Part shown: positions 28,835 to 37,066 of the stretch, piece by piece
How the letters are laid out: every line of letters begins with the position of its first letter
How positions within the stretch are numbered: position 1 is the stretch's first letter
Origin: an uncultured Sulfolobales archaeon
GTDB taxonomy: Archaea; Thermoproteota; Thermoprotei_A; Sulfolobales; NBVN01
Direction: 5' to 3'
NCBI GenBank assembly: GCA_938073905.1
Contig: CALJEN010000005.1
Location: 244,088 to 308,087 of the forward strand
Length of the DNA stretch: 64,000 bases
Translations under genes and position numbers: made by a program
The notes under the pieces: generated by a model
What the model was told of the DNA's origin: nothing
What the model saw: the letters and a program-made list of their open reading frames with translations, nothing else
The model's database searches: none

Positions 28835-29884
28835 TTGGAAGTAGCTATGCTGCTGGGTTTCGCACTGATGCTGTACATAGCGTGGTGCATAGGTGCCAAC
28901 GACGCGTCCAACCCCACCGAGTGCGCCGTCGGTGCGGGAGCTCTGAACCTCAGGAAGGCGCTGATCCTCTTCTCGGCCTTCGTCGCGGTGGGCTCCGTAG
29001 CCCAGGGCTGGATGGTGATGAAGACGTTCGGCGGCGGCGTGAGCGAGCTGAGGAGCATCTACGACGCTCTGGCCGCCTCTCTGTCGACCGGGGCCTGGAT
29101 AACTGCGGCGAGCCTCCTCGGTATGCCCATATCGACCACCCACAGCGCTGTCGGGAGCGTGCTGGGGGTGGGCCTGGCGCACCTCCTCGTCTACGGGCGT
29201 GCGAGCATCAGGTACGACGTGGTCCTCAGGGTGGTGGTCAGCTGGATCACGTCGCCGCTGGGCTCCATAGCCCTCGCCGCCCTGCTCTACCTGGCCCTGA
29301 GAAAGCTGTACACCTTCAGCACGACCAGGATGGGGGTGCCCCCCGACAGAGTGGACAGGTTGCTCAGGTACGCGCTGATAGCCGCGCTGGCCTTCTCGGC
29401 CTACAGCTTCGGGGCCAACGACGTGGGCAACGCCACCGGAGTATACCTCGCGTTCCTAAGGCTCGGCGGGGGAGCTCCGTCGGAGGGCGTAGACGTGGCG
29501 GCTGCGGTAACGCTCGCCAGCGTCGGAGCTCTGGGGATAGCTCTAGGAGGCCTCACCGTGGGCAAGAGGGTCGTCGCCACCGTGGCGTACAGGATAACCA
29601 AGCTGGATCTCGTTAGCGGAGTCGCCGGGGAGCTCGCCAACGCGCTGGTAGTCTGGCTGTTCACCACGCTGCCCTACATGATGTTTGGGTACGGTATGCC
29701 CGTATCGACGACCCACGCGAGCGTCTCGGCGGTGATAGGGGTCGGCCTAGCCAAGGGGGGCTCGAGGATGATCGATGCGCCGACGGTCTTGAAGATCGTC
29801 GCGTCGTGGCTACTGACGGTACCCCTCTGCGCCGGCATGGCGTTAGGCTTGAGGATCTTGGTGCACGCCCTGTTCCACGTCTAG
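28835..29884 (+). CDS. pit: inorganic phosphate transporter, PiT family
   Basis: 349 aa, polytopic, with duplicated signature GANDASN / GANDVGNA. The start could instead be ATG at 28847. Confidence 0.9.
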   Translation: MEVAMLLGFALMLYIAWCIGANDASNPTECAVGAGALNLRKALILFSAFVAVGSVAQGWMVMKTFGGGVSELRSIYDALAASLSTGAWITAASLLGMPISTTHSAVGSVLGVGLAHLLVYGRASIRYDVVLRVVVSWITSPLGSIALAALLYLALRKLYTFSTTRMGVPPDRVDRLLRYALIAALAFSAYSFGANDVGNATGVYLAFLRLGGGAPSEGVDVAAAVTLASVGALGIALGGLTVGKRVVATVAYRITKLDLVSGVAGELANALVVWLFTTLPYMMFGYGMPVSTTHASVSAVIGVGLAKGGSRMIDAPTVLKIVASWLLTVPLCAGMALGLRILVHALFHV

Positions 29885-30145
29885 CGCTATGGTCCTGGAC
29901 TAAGCACCGATGCCTAGCCCTCGAGCCTCACGGCCTCGACCTCCTCTGGGGAGGAGTCCGCGGCTCCCCGCATTCGGAGCGGCTCCCCTCGCTTTTTGCT
30001 TACGGCAGGTGGCCCCGTTCGCGCGCTCCGCAGCTAGCCTAGCTGTGCGACAGGCCGAGGCTCTGAGGGAACCGAGAGGTGTAGCGGGAGGCGGAGAGCG
30101 TCGTGTGCTTAACGCTTTTAAGCCGTAAGCCCATATGAGTGCGAG

Positions 30146-30236
30146 AGGGCCCGTAGCTCAGCCAGGTGGAGCGGCGGACGGCAGGCCGAGGCTCTTAACC
30201 CGTAGGTCCCGGGTTCAAATCCCGGCGGGCCCGCCA
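30146..30236 (+). tRNA. tRNA-Lys (anticodon CUU) with a 14-nt intron in the anticodon stem (non-canonical position), CCA encoded
   Basis: Very similar to tRNA-Lys(UUU) at 6184-6260 (a few substitutions besides the anticodon). The exception is an insertion ACGGGCAGGCCGAG after GGCGG (stem position ~29/30-30/31). Removing it restores stem GCGGG/CCCGT and loop CTCTTAA. A GCTTTTAAG box lies ~30 nt upstream. Confidence 0.85.
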
Positions 30237-30275
30237 CGCGTTAACTCAGGCGCTCCCTCCTCTAAGAGCGATCCA

Positions 30276-31787
30276 CTAGGGTAGAGCCAGGGCTATTCCC
30301 TCGCTCCTGGGATCCGCAGCCACCTCCACCAGGCGCCTAGCGGGCTCCACGGAGACCGCGTGGACCAGGCCGGTGGATCCGTACGCCCCGACGAGCTCGA
30401 CGCTCACACTGCCGGGCCGGAGGCTCCCGTACCTGGACTCCACGACCGCGCTCTTCCTACCAGCGTACTCCGTGAAGATGAACCTCGGGGCGTCGAGAGC
30501 GCGCGGCAAGTCGAGGCCGTAGACGAAGAGGTTCTCGTAGATCCTCGCGTGGATCTGGGGCCTCATGTCTCCCCCGGCGCACCCCACGACGTACCTCCTA
30601 GTCCCGCTCTCGATGCCCAGTATCGAGAGTGTGTGCAGAGGCCTCTTCCTGGGAGCCGGGCTGTTGGGAAGGCCCTCCCTCTTCGCGAACCCGTAGCCCC
30701 TGTTCTGAACCGGGAACCCCAGTGCCACCAGTCCGGACCCGAACGGGTGGAAGAGGCTCTGTATGAGCCCCACGGTAGCCTCCGAGTCCGAGACCGCGAG
30801 GAACGTGGTGTCACCGCCTCCGTAGCCCGGACCGCTCGCGCCCCGCCCGGCCAGGAGAAGTTCTCGGGCTTTCCCGTACTCCAGGTAGGAGGACACGTCA
30901 ACGCCCATATAGTCCGGGTCTCCCACGAAGGAGTCGCGGAACCCGTAGGCCACCTCCACCACCTCGGACCATGCCTCCACCCTTCTGGGGTCGCCGAAGG
31001 GGATGCGGTCGAGCCCCAGCTCGTGGATAGCTGAGATCATGTGGAGCGCGGTGATCCCCTGGGTGTTCGGGGGCAGCTCGTAGAGCACCCTGTCACCCGC
31101 GACGGTCTTCAGAGGCCTCGCCTCGTAGCCCTCGTGCTCCATCATGTCCTCGAGCCCCATCTCAACCCCCTGCTCGCTCAGCTCCTCGACGAACCTCTCG
31201 GCGAGCTTCCCGTAGTAGAACTCGTCCCAGCCGCGCGTAGCGATCGTCCTCAGCGTCCTCGCCATCTCCTTGTTGGACACGTGGGTCCCGGGCCTCACGC
31301 CCCTGTAGTACTTCGACCATCTGTACCCCTCGAGCTCTCCCTCGGAGAGCTCGGCAGCCCTCGCCAGGTAGTAGCCGGCATTGAAGCCGCTGTAGGCGAG
31401 GGAGATGGCCGGGCGGAACAGCCTCTCGAGGGGCAGCCTGCAGAGCTCCTCGCTTACGAACCCCCACAGGTGGACTAGGCCGGGCACCGTCACGGTGAGG
31501 GGACCCCTCTTGGGTGCCCGCCTCAGGTACTCCTCGGTCTTGAAGCCAGACGGAGACCTCCCGCTGGACATGTAGGTCAAGACCTCGTCGCCCACGAACG
31601 CCAGCATGAAGCCGTCTCCGCCCGGTCCACCAGTCTGGGGCAGCACTACGGACAGGACGGCGCTGGCGGCCAGGGCAGCGTCGAAGGCGTTGCCCCCCTC
31701 CTCCAGGACTTCCAGCGCGGCCTTGGTTGCGAGGTAGGAGTCCGAGGAAGCGCCCTTGGTCCCGAACGCGGACTTGACTACGACCAC
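30276..31787 (-). CDS. ggt: gamma-glutamyltranspeptidase family protein
   Basis: 503 aa with an autoprocessing/catalytic Thr region GGGDTTFLAVSD. Length and overall pattern fit GGT. Confidence 0.82.
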   Translation of the reverse strand: MVVVKSAFGTKGASSDSYLATKAALEVLEEGGNAFDAALAASAVLSVVLPQTGGPGGDGFMLAFVGDEVLTYMSSGRSPSGFKTEEYLRRAPKRGPLTVTVPGLVHLWGFVSEELCRLPLERLFRPAISLAYSGFNAGYYLARAAELSEGELEGYRWSKYYRGVRPGTHVSNKEMARTLRTIATRGWDEFYYGKLAERFVEELSEQGVEMGLEDMMEHEGYEARPLKTVAGDRVLYELPPNTQGITALHMISAIHELGLDRIPFGDPRRVEAWSEVVEVAYGFRDSFVGDPDYMGVDVSSYLEYGKARELLLAGRGASGPGYGGGDTTFLAVSDSEATVGLIQSLFHPFGSGLVALGFPVQNRGYGFAKREGLPNSPAPRKRPLHTLSILGIESGTRRYVVGCAGGDMRPQIHARIYENLFVYGLDLPRALDAPRFIFTEYAGRKSAVVESRYGSLRPGSVSVELVGAYGSTGLVHAVSVEPARRLVEVAADPRSEGIALALP

Positions 31788-32046
31788 GAACCTCGCCGAG
31801 CGGGACCCGCCCGCGACAATATAACCGTGCTGCCGGCTCCCGCTCCGTCTTCGACAGCGGGGCGTGCGGCCGCCCCAGACCTCCGCGGTTCCCGCGCCCG
31901 CGGGGGTCCCCAGTGAAGTCTAGAGTTCCGCCGATCCCCGACGGAGACTCGGTGGTGTTCCCGAAAGCTCTTGCCGATTTATACAGCTTTCGGCCTACTA
32001 GGTTAGGTGAGGGCGGATCGGCCGGGAGGAAAGGGTCTGGATCGAC

Positions 32047-33111
32047 GTGCTGACGTCGAAGCAGGGAGTGCTCCTGGGAACACTCGCCAGGGAGCTCGCC
32101 TCGAAGGGCTACGAAGTCCTGGCCACCTGCCGGGAGTACGAGTACGCGTGTAGAGTCCTCGAGACCCTGGGGGTCCCTCACGTGTCCGTGGGCAGGTACG
32201 TCGAGGGCGACTCCTTCTCCAAGGTCCGCGAGGACGGCTGGAGGGTCTCCGCTCTCGCGGACGCAGTTCGGGAGTTCTCGCCTGGGTACCTGGTGGCCTA
32301 CCCCGACCCCTCCGCAGCCAGAGTGGCCTTCGGCACCGGCGTCAAGTACATCGCTCTGACGGACTCACCGCACGCGACACTCCCCAGCAGGCTCTCCCTC
32401 CCTCTGGCCGACTTCGTGGTGTTCTCGGAGTGCATCCCGGTGGAGGAGATCAGGCACTACGCCAGCGAGAGGTTCGCGAAGCTCCTGACCTATCGCGGCG
32501 TGGACGAGGTCGGGTGGATAAAGAGGCTCGAGCCCAGGGAGGAGGACGTGAGGGCTCTGGGGCTCAAGCCGTGGAGCTACGTGGTCTTCAGACCGGCCGA
32601 GGAGATGGCTACGTACTACAGGGGTCTGAACCTCGTGCCGGCCGGAGACGTCCTCCGGGTCCTCGTCGAGCTGGGCTACGACGTCGTCCTCCTCCCCCGC
32701 TACTCCAAGCACAGAGAGCTGGAGAGGGAGAGGGTGGTGGTCCTGGAGAGGGGGTTCGTTGGGCCCTCGCTGGCCTACTACGCAAGGCTAGTGGTGACCG
32801 GAGGGGCCTCGATGGCCAGGGAGGCGGCCCTGCTCGGCACGCCCTCCATAACGTACACCCCACTCGACCTCTACGTCAACTCGTGCGTCGAGAGGTGGGG
32901 GTACCCCCTCGCGAGAGCGAGGTCACTGGCGGAGATAGAGAGGCTAGCCAGGGAGCTCGTCGAGAGCCCTCAGTGGGACAGGAGACCATACGTCGATAGG
33001 ACTATGTCCATGGAAGATCCCCTCACCGTAGTGGAGAGGGTGCTCGAGGGGCACGCCGCTGGCAGGCGCGGTGGCGGGAGCCCGCGCCGGACGCCGGGGG
33101 TCAGCGGTTGA
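32047..33111 (+). CDS. DUF354-like protein (glycosyltransferase/epimerase-like fold), start uncertain
   Basis: 354 aa from GTG. The in-frame upstream codons read ..RVWIDVLTSKQG.., resembling the usual M(K/R)(I/V)W(I/F)D N-terminus of the family as I recall it. Confidence 0.5.
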   Translation: MLTSKQGVLLGTLARELASKGYEVLATCREYEYACRVLETLGVPHVSVGRYVEGDSFSKVREDGWRVSALADAVREFSPGYLVAYPDPSAARVAFGTGVKYIALTDSPHATLPSRLSLPLADFVVFSECIPVEEIRHYASERFAKLLTYRGVDEVGWIKRLEPREEDVRALGLKPWSYVVFRPAEEMATYYRGLNLVPAGDVLRVLVELGYDVVLLPRYSKHRELERERVVVLERGFVGPSLAYYARLVVTGGASMAREAALLGTPSITYTPLDLYVNSCVERWGYPLARARSLAEIERLARELVESPQWDRRPYVDRTMSMEDPLTVVERVLEGHAAGRRGGGSPRRTPGVSG

Positions 33112-33953
33112 AGATCCACGTGACGCTCTGGTACAAGGACTTCAGGAGGAGTAGCCTGGTGAGAGAGGTCGCTGAGGGAGGCTTCGACGGCTTCGAGCTG
33201 AGCCTGGACTACCCGCTCTGCGGCGGCCCCGCGAAGCTGGAGGAGCTCGCGCAGATCAGAGACCTCTTGGGGCTCGGCCTCGGGGCGGCCGTCCACCTGC
33301 CGTGGCGCGAGATATACCTAGCCTCTCCGGTAGAGGAGATCAGGAGGGTCTCGCTAGACTACACTGTCAGGTGTCTGGAGGATGTGGGGAGGCTCGAGCC
33401 CGCCTACGCCGTCCTGCACCTGACGGCGGACCAGGCCGTGTGCTTCGATAGCGTGGAGAGGTGCGTCTCGGCGGCCGCAGAGTCGCTCGGGGTCCTCGCT
33501 CGGGTCGCCGAGGAGACGGGGACGCAGCTCTACGTCGAGACGACCAGGAACTACTGCTGCGGAGGCCTGGAGCAGTCCGTGAGCTACCTCGAGCTGGGCG
33601 CTAGGCTGTGCCTCGACGTTCCCCACGCTATCGAGAGGCACAGCAGGCTGCGCAAGACCCCCCTGGGGCTCAGCGACGTGCTTCTCGAGGCTCCGCCCAG
33701 GGCCATCGAGGCCGTGGAGTGCGTCCACCTCCACGGGTACTCCATGAGCGGGTACCACGTCGTCGAGTCCCACCTCGAGCCGGACAGGGAGCTGCTGAGC
33801 GAGTACCTGAAGGCCTTGAGGAGGGGTGCCCTGAAGCCCAGGTACACGGTCCTGGAGGCCTTCTACTCCGCAACCGGGAGGAGGCAGCTGCGGTTCGACG
33901 AGCTGAGGTGGTGCGTCGATGAGCTCAAGAAGGCTCGTCCTGGGGATAGATGA
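33108..33953 (+). CDS. sugar phosphate isomerase/epimerase-like TIM-barrel protein (xylose isomerase-like fold)
   Basis: 281 aa with GFDGFELSLDYP, VHLPW, LYVETT and VHLHGY, a pattern of metal-binding His/Glu on beta-strand ends. It shows a 4-nt overlap with the upstream gene. Confidence 0.5.
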   Translation: MKIHVTLWYKDFRRSSLVREVAEGGFDGFELSLDYPLCGGPAKLEELAQIRDLLGLGLGAAVHLPWREIYLASPVEEIRRVSLDYTVRCLEDVGRLEPAYAVLHLTADQAVCFDSVERCVSAAAESLGVLARVAEETGTQLYVETTRNYCCGGLEQSVSYLELGARLCLDVPHAIERHSRLRKTPLGLSDVLLEAPPRAIEAVECVHLHGYSMSGYHVVESHLEPDRELLSEYLKALRRGALKPRYTVLEAFYSATGRRQLRFDELRWCVDELKKARPGDR

Positions 33954-34578
33954 GGCTGGAAGGGGCTCGCTAGTCGGGGACATGTTCGTCGCAGGAGTGG
34001 CTCTGGCGGAGGGTCTAGAGGAGGCCCTGCTGAGGGCCGGGGTCAGGGACAGCAAGTCCCTCGGGAGGTCGAGGAGGCGCGAGCTGCTCCTGGACGTGAT
34101 AAGGTACTCGGACATGATAGTCGTCTCCCGCGTCGCACCGGAGGACATAGACAGGGGGAACCTCAACGACCTGGAGGTCGGGGCCGTGGAGAGGATACTG
34201 AGGCACGCCAGGTCGAGGGGCATCTCTCCCTCCAGGATAGTGCTGGACGAGATCGCGGGACGTAGGGAGGCCGTGGAGAGGATAGCCAGGAGCCTCTTCC
34301 CCGACGCCGAGGTGCTCATGAGTCCCGGGGCCGACAAGACGTTCGTGCAGGTGTCGGCAGCTTCCATAGCGGCCAAGTGCCTGAGGGACGAGTCCATCAG
34401 GATCCTGAGCTCTCGGTACGGGGATCTCGGGAGCGGCTATCCGTCCGACCCGAGGACTGTGAGGTGGCTCTCGGCTATGGCGTCCACCGGGTCTCTTCCG
34501 GACTGCGTCAGGAGGTCTTGGGGGACCCTCAGGAGGATCAAGACCAGGACACTAGACGAGTTTGCGAGGAAGAGGTAG
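33919..34578 (+). CDS. rnhB: ribonuclease HII
   Basis: 219 aa with LGIDEAGRGSLVGDMFVAG, VLDEIAG, AASIAAK and GSGYPSD. Confidence 0.9.
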   Translation: MSSRRLVLGIDEAGRGSLVGDMFVAGVALAEGLEEALLRAGVRDSKSLGRSRRRELLLDVIRYSDMIVVSRVAPEDIDRGNLNDLEVGAVERILRHARSRGISPSRIVLDEIAGRREAVERIARSLFPDAEVLMSPGADKTFVQVSAASIAAKCLRDESIRILSSRYGDLGSGYPSDPRTVRWLSAMASTGSLPDCVRRSWGTLRRIKTRTLDEFARKR

Positions 34579-34851
34579 CCAAGTCATCCCGACCGTTGCC
34601 GCATAGTCATCAACACTTCGTGTTGACCACGCGCTACACCTCGACCGTGGAGGCCTCGGTGGCCTTCGGGGCAACGGTAGATAGAGCGCCCCACGTCCCG
34701 GGCTCCCCCTCGCGTGCCCGTTCGGTGCTATTCTCTCCTCCGCCACATATCGGACACGCTCGTCCCGCCGTTATGAGCCTCGGTTAGGCTGAGGGCAGTC
34801 TCGAGCATCCGCGGGCAGCCGATATTTGGAACCGCAGCGAGAGTCTCACCG

Positions 34852-35721
34852 GTGGGAGCGGTGCCGGTTTCCCGGGACTACGCTAGGAAGATGTGCAGAT
34901 CCGAGTACGTCGCGCACAAGGTCTACCTATACGCCGGCAGATACCTCGCGAAGGGAAAGCTGCGAGAGACCCTGTTCAAGGCCTCGAGCGACGAGCTCAG
35001 ACACTACGAGCTCTGGAAGAGTGTGAGTGGGGAGTGCCGGGGGCTATCGGCGTTCCTCGAGATCCTGGCCTTCCTCGCGTTCTCAGCCCTCTTCGGCGCC
35101 ACGGTCTTGGCCAAGACCCTGGAGCGCGTGGAGGGGGACGCCAGCAGAGCCTACGAGGAGCTCTCCGGGAGCGTGCCCGAGCTAGACCTCAGGTCGATGG
35201 TCGAGGAGGAGAAGGCCCACGAGGCGGAGTTCGCGAGCAGCATCGACGAGGCGAGGGTCAGGTACCTCGGCTCCATAGTCCTCGGCGTCTCGGACGCGAT
35301 AGTCGAGCTCACCGGGATATACGCCGGTGCCCTCGGAGCCCTCGAGTCTGCGAGGACGGCCGGGATCGTGGGGCTCCTGGCCGGGGCCTCCGCCTCCATA
35401 TCCATGGCTGCCGCGTCCTACGCCCAGGCGAAGCACGAAGCGGGCAGGAGGCCCGGCGCCGCCGCTCTCTACACCGGCGTGTCGTACTTGGCCGCGGTAC
35501 TCGCTCTAGCGGCACCCTACTTCCTCGTGGAGGCCCTGCTGCTGGCTTTCGCCTTCATGGTGGTAAACGCCGTACTGATCGTCGCATACATCTCCGTGTA
35601 CAGCTCGGTTCTGCGGGGGAAGAGCTACCTCAGGGAGGTCGTCACGAACGCCGCGCTCCTCCTCGGCGTCTCGGCATCTCTCTACGCTCTGGGCAGAGCT
35701 CTGGGGCTGCTCGCGGTCTAG
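34852..35721 (+). CDS. VIT1/CCC1-family iron/manganese transporter with N-terminal ferritin-like domain
   Basis: 289 aa. ELRHYELW...EEEKAHEAEF (ferritin-like) is followed by LGVSDAIVELTGIYAGALGA and C-terminal TM helices. Confidence 0.72.
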   Translation: MGAVPVSRDYARKMCRSEYVAHKVYLYAGRYLAKGKLRETLFKASSDELRHYELWKSVSGECRGLSAFLEILAFLAFSALFGATVLAKTLERVEGDASRAYEELSGSVPELDLRSMVEEEKAHEAEFASSIDEARVRYLGSIVLGVSDAIVELTGIYAGALGALESARTAGIVGLLAGASASISMAAASYAQAKHEAGRRPGAAALYTGVSYLAAVLALAAPYFLVEALLLAFAFMVVNAVLIVAYISVYSSVLRGKSYLREVVTNAALLLGVSASLYALGRALGLLAV

Positions 35722-35730
35722 AGACCGGCC

Positions 35731-36714
35731 TCAGTAGGGCAGCGGCGGGAAGCCCTCGCCCAGGGGGTCGTCGGGCTCCAGGATCGCCGTCGAGTACCCC
35801 GTTACGTAGCACGCTCGGGTCACGGTGGACACCTCCGGGACTATCGCCCTGCGGCCCTCGAGCACCGTCTCCCCGACAACCCTACCCACGAACACCGTCC
35901 CTATAGCGCTCACGAACTCCACGTCCTCGCGAACTCCGGCCTCGCCCAGGTGGTGAAGGTAGGCTAGGTGGGCCGAGGAGCCGGTGCCGGAGGGGGATCT
36001 GTCGAGGAGGGGCCTCCCCTGGTTGCCGAAGACCAGTATGCCGTAGTACCTCGGAGGGCTTCGCGAGATCCTCTTCGAGAACCTGAACCCGTAGAGCTCG
36101 TAGGCAGCAACCCTCTTGGCCTCCTCGGAGACGCCGCTCCAGAGCTCCTTCGAGAGCTCGAAGAGTTCGGGCAGCAGCTCGGGGCTCCAATCGACCCCCA
36201 GCTCGTCCAGGTCTACGAGACCGTAGAGGTTCCCCCCGAACGCCAGGTGTACTGTCAGGCCCCCGAACTTTGTGGTCCTCGTCCTGATGTCGCCTAGGAC
36301 GAAGGACGGCACATTGACCATGGACACCCTGCCCTCCCGGTCCACCACCAGTCTCACGAGACCGGCCGGGGTGTCCTGGATGACCTCGGTGCGGTCTGCT
36401 GCAGGCAGTAGGCCACTCCTGACCAGGTAGCACGCCAGGCCCATGGAAGCGTGACCGCACATGTCGTGCCACCCGGTGGGGTCGAAGAACAGGGCTCCGT
36501 AGTGGGCTCTGCCATCGGGCGGGTTGGTGACGAGAGCTCCGTAGGAGCTGCCAGACCCCCTGGGCTCGTGAGTGAGCAGCTTGCGGATCCAGTCGAGGTT
36601 CCTCTCGCAGTACGCCTTCTTCTCCCTCATGTCGCTGCCCGGGATCCCAGGGACGAACACTATCCTGACCGGCATTCCGGCGTTGTGAACCTCGATAAGG
36701 CTTAGGACCTTCAA
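35731..36714 (-). CDS. proline racemase-family enzyme (Cys/Ser catalytic pair variant)
   Basis: 327 aa, TTG start. First catalytic motif DMCGHASMG retains Cys. The second reads DRSPSGTGSSA (TCC = Ser, checked in the DNA) where racemases/epimerases have SPCGTG. Confidence 0.8.
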   Translation of the reverse strand: MKVLSLIEVHNAGMPVRIVFVPGIPGSDMREKKAYCERNLDWIRKLLTHEPRGSGSSYGALVTNPPDGRAHYGALFFDPTGWHDMCGHASMGLACYLVRSGLLPAADRTEVIQDTPAGLVRLVVDREGRVSMVNVPSFVLGDIRTRTTKFGGLTVHLAFGGNLYGLVDLDELGVDWSPELLPELFELSKELWSGVSEEAKRVAAYELYGFRFSKRISRSPPRYYGILVFGNQGRPLLDRSPSGTGSSAHLAYLHHLGEAGVREDVEFVSAIGTVFVGRVVGETVLEGRRAIVPEVSTVTRACYVTGYSTAILEPDDPLGEGFPPLPY

Positions 36715-36785
36715 AGCCCATCTAGCAGACTGTCGACTATGGGTTAAATAAGCGCCGACGAGCGTAGACCAGGAGTACGGTATCG

Positions 36786-36815
36786 GAAAAAAAAGAACTA
36801 AACAAAGAAAGTTTG
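36786..36815 (-). terminator. T-rich archaeal terminator candidate after the NSS operon
   Basis: The minus strand reads ...CTTTCTTTGTTTAGTTCTTTTTTTTCC immediately after the last micro-ORF stop. It is the lowest-GC patch in this region. Confidence 0.45.
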
Positions 36816-36821
36816 CTCTCG

Positions 36822-36944
36822 CTATGAGGTGGGTCGGCGCTCCGCGCCCTTAGACGCTGCGTAGTATACCGATGCTAGCCATAGCACTGTCGTTACTAGC
36901 GCTATGATCAGTACAAGCCAGTCGTGGAACGGGAAGGGGGGCAC
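36822..36944 (-). CDS. micro-ORF, single-TM protein (40 aa), unlisted in track
   Basis: Hand translation: (V/M)PPFPFHDWLVLIIALVTTVLWLASVYYAASKGAERRPTS*. GC3 is less typical than in neighbouring genes. Confidence 0.3.
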   Translation of the reverse strand: MPPFPFHDWLVLIIALVTTVLWLASVYYAASKGAERRPTS

Positions 36945-36948
36945 GGTC

Positions 36949-37062
36949 TCACCTCTTCTCCAGCTCCCTCATCCTCTTCTCGTTCTCGACGGCCCTGTAC
37001 CACGTGTAGAACGACGCTATGACGAAGAGCCAGGCGATTATGAAGAACAGCACCCAGGCCAC
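36949..37062 (-). CDS. micro-ORF, single-TM protein (37 aa), unlisted in track; candidate small subunit of the NSS transporter
   Basis: Hand translation: (V/M)AWVLFFIIAWLFVIASFYTWYRAVENEKRMRELEKR*. It starts 5 nt after the NSS stop and uses strongly genome-typical codons (ATA, AGG, GC3). Confidence 0.45.
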   Translation of the reverse strand: MAWVLFFIIAWLFVIASFYTWYRAVENEKRMRELEKR

Positions 37063-37066
37063 GCTC

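Noticed and set aside
31162-35906. Long Arg/Pro-rich ORFs at 31162..32181 (-), 33354..34397 (-) and 34893..35906 (+), and similarly 43961..44767 (+).
   Set aside because: Each is antisense or off-frame to a gene with recognisable motifs (GGT, TIM-barrel/RNase HII, VIT1, MFS). Only the last 89 codons of the 43961 ORF were kept, as the second DUF131-like gene.
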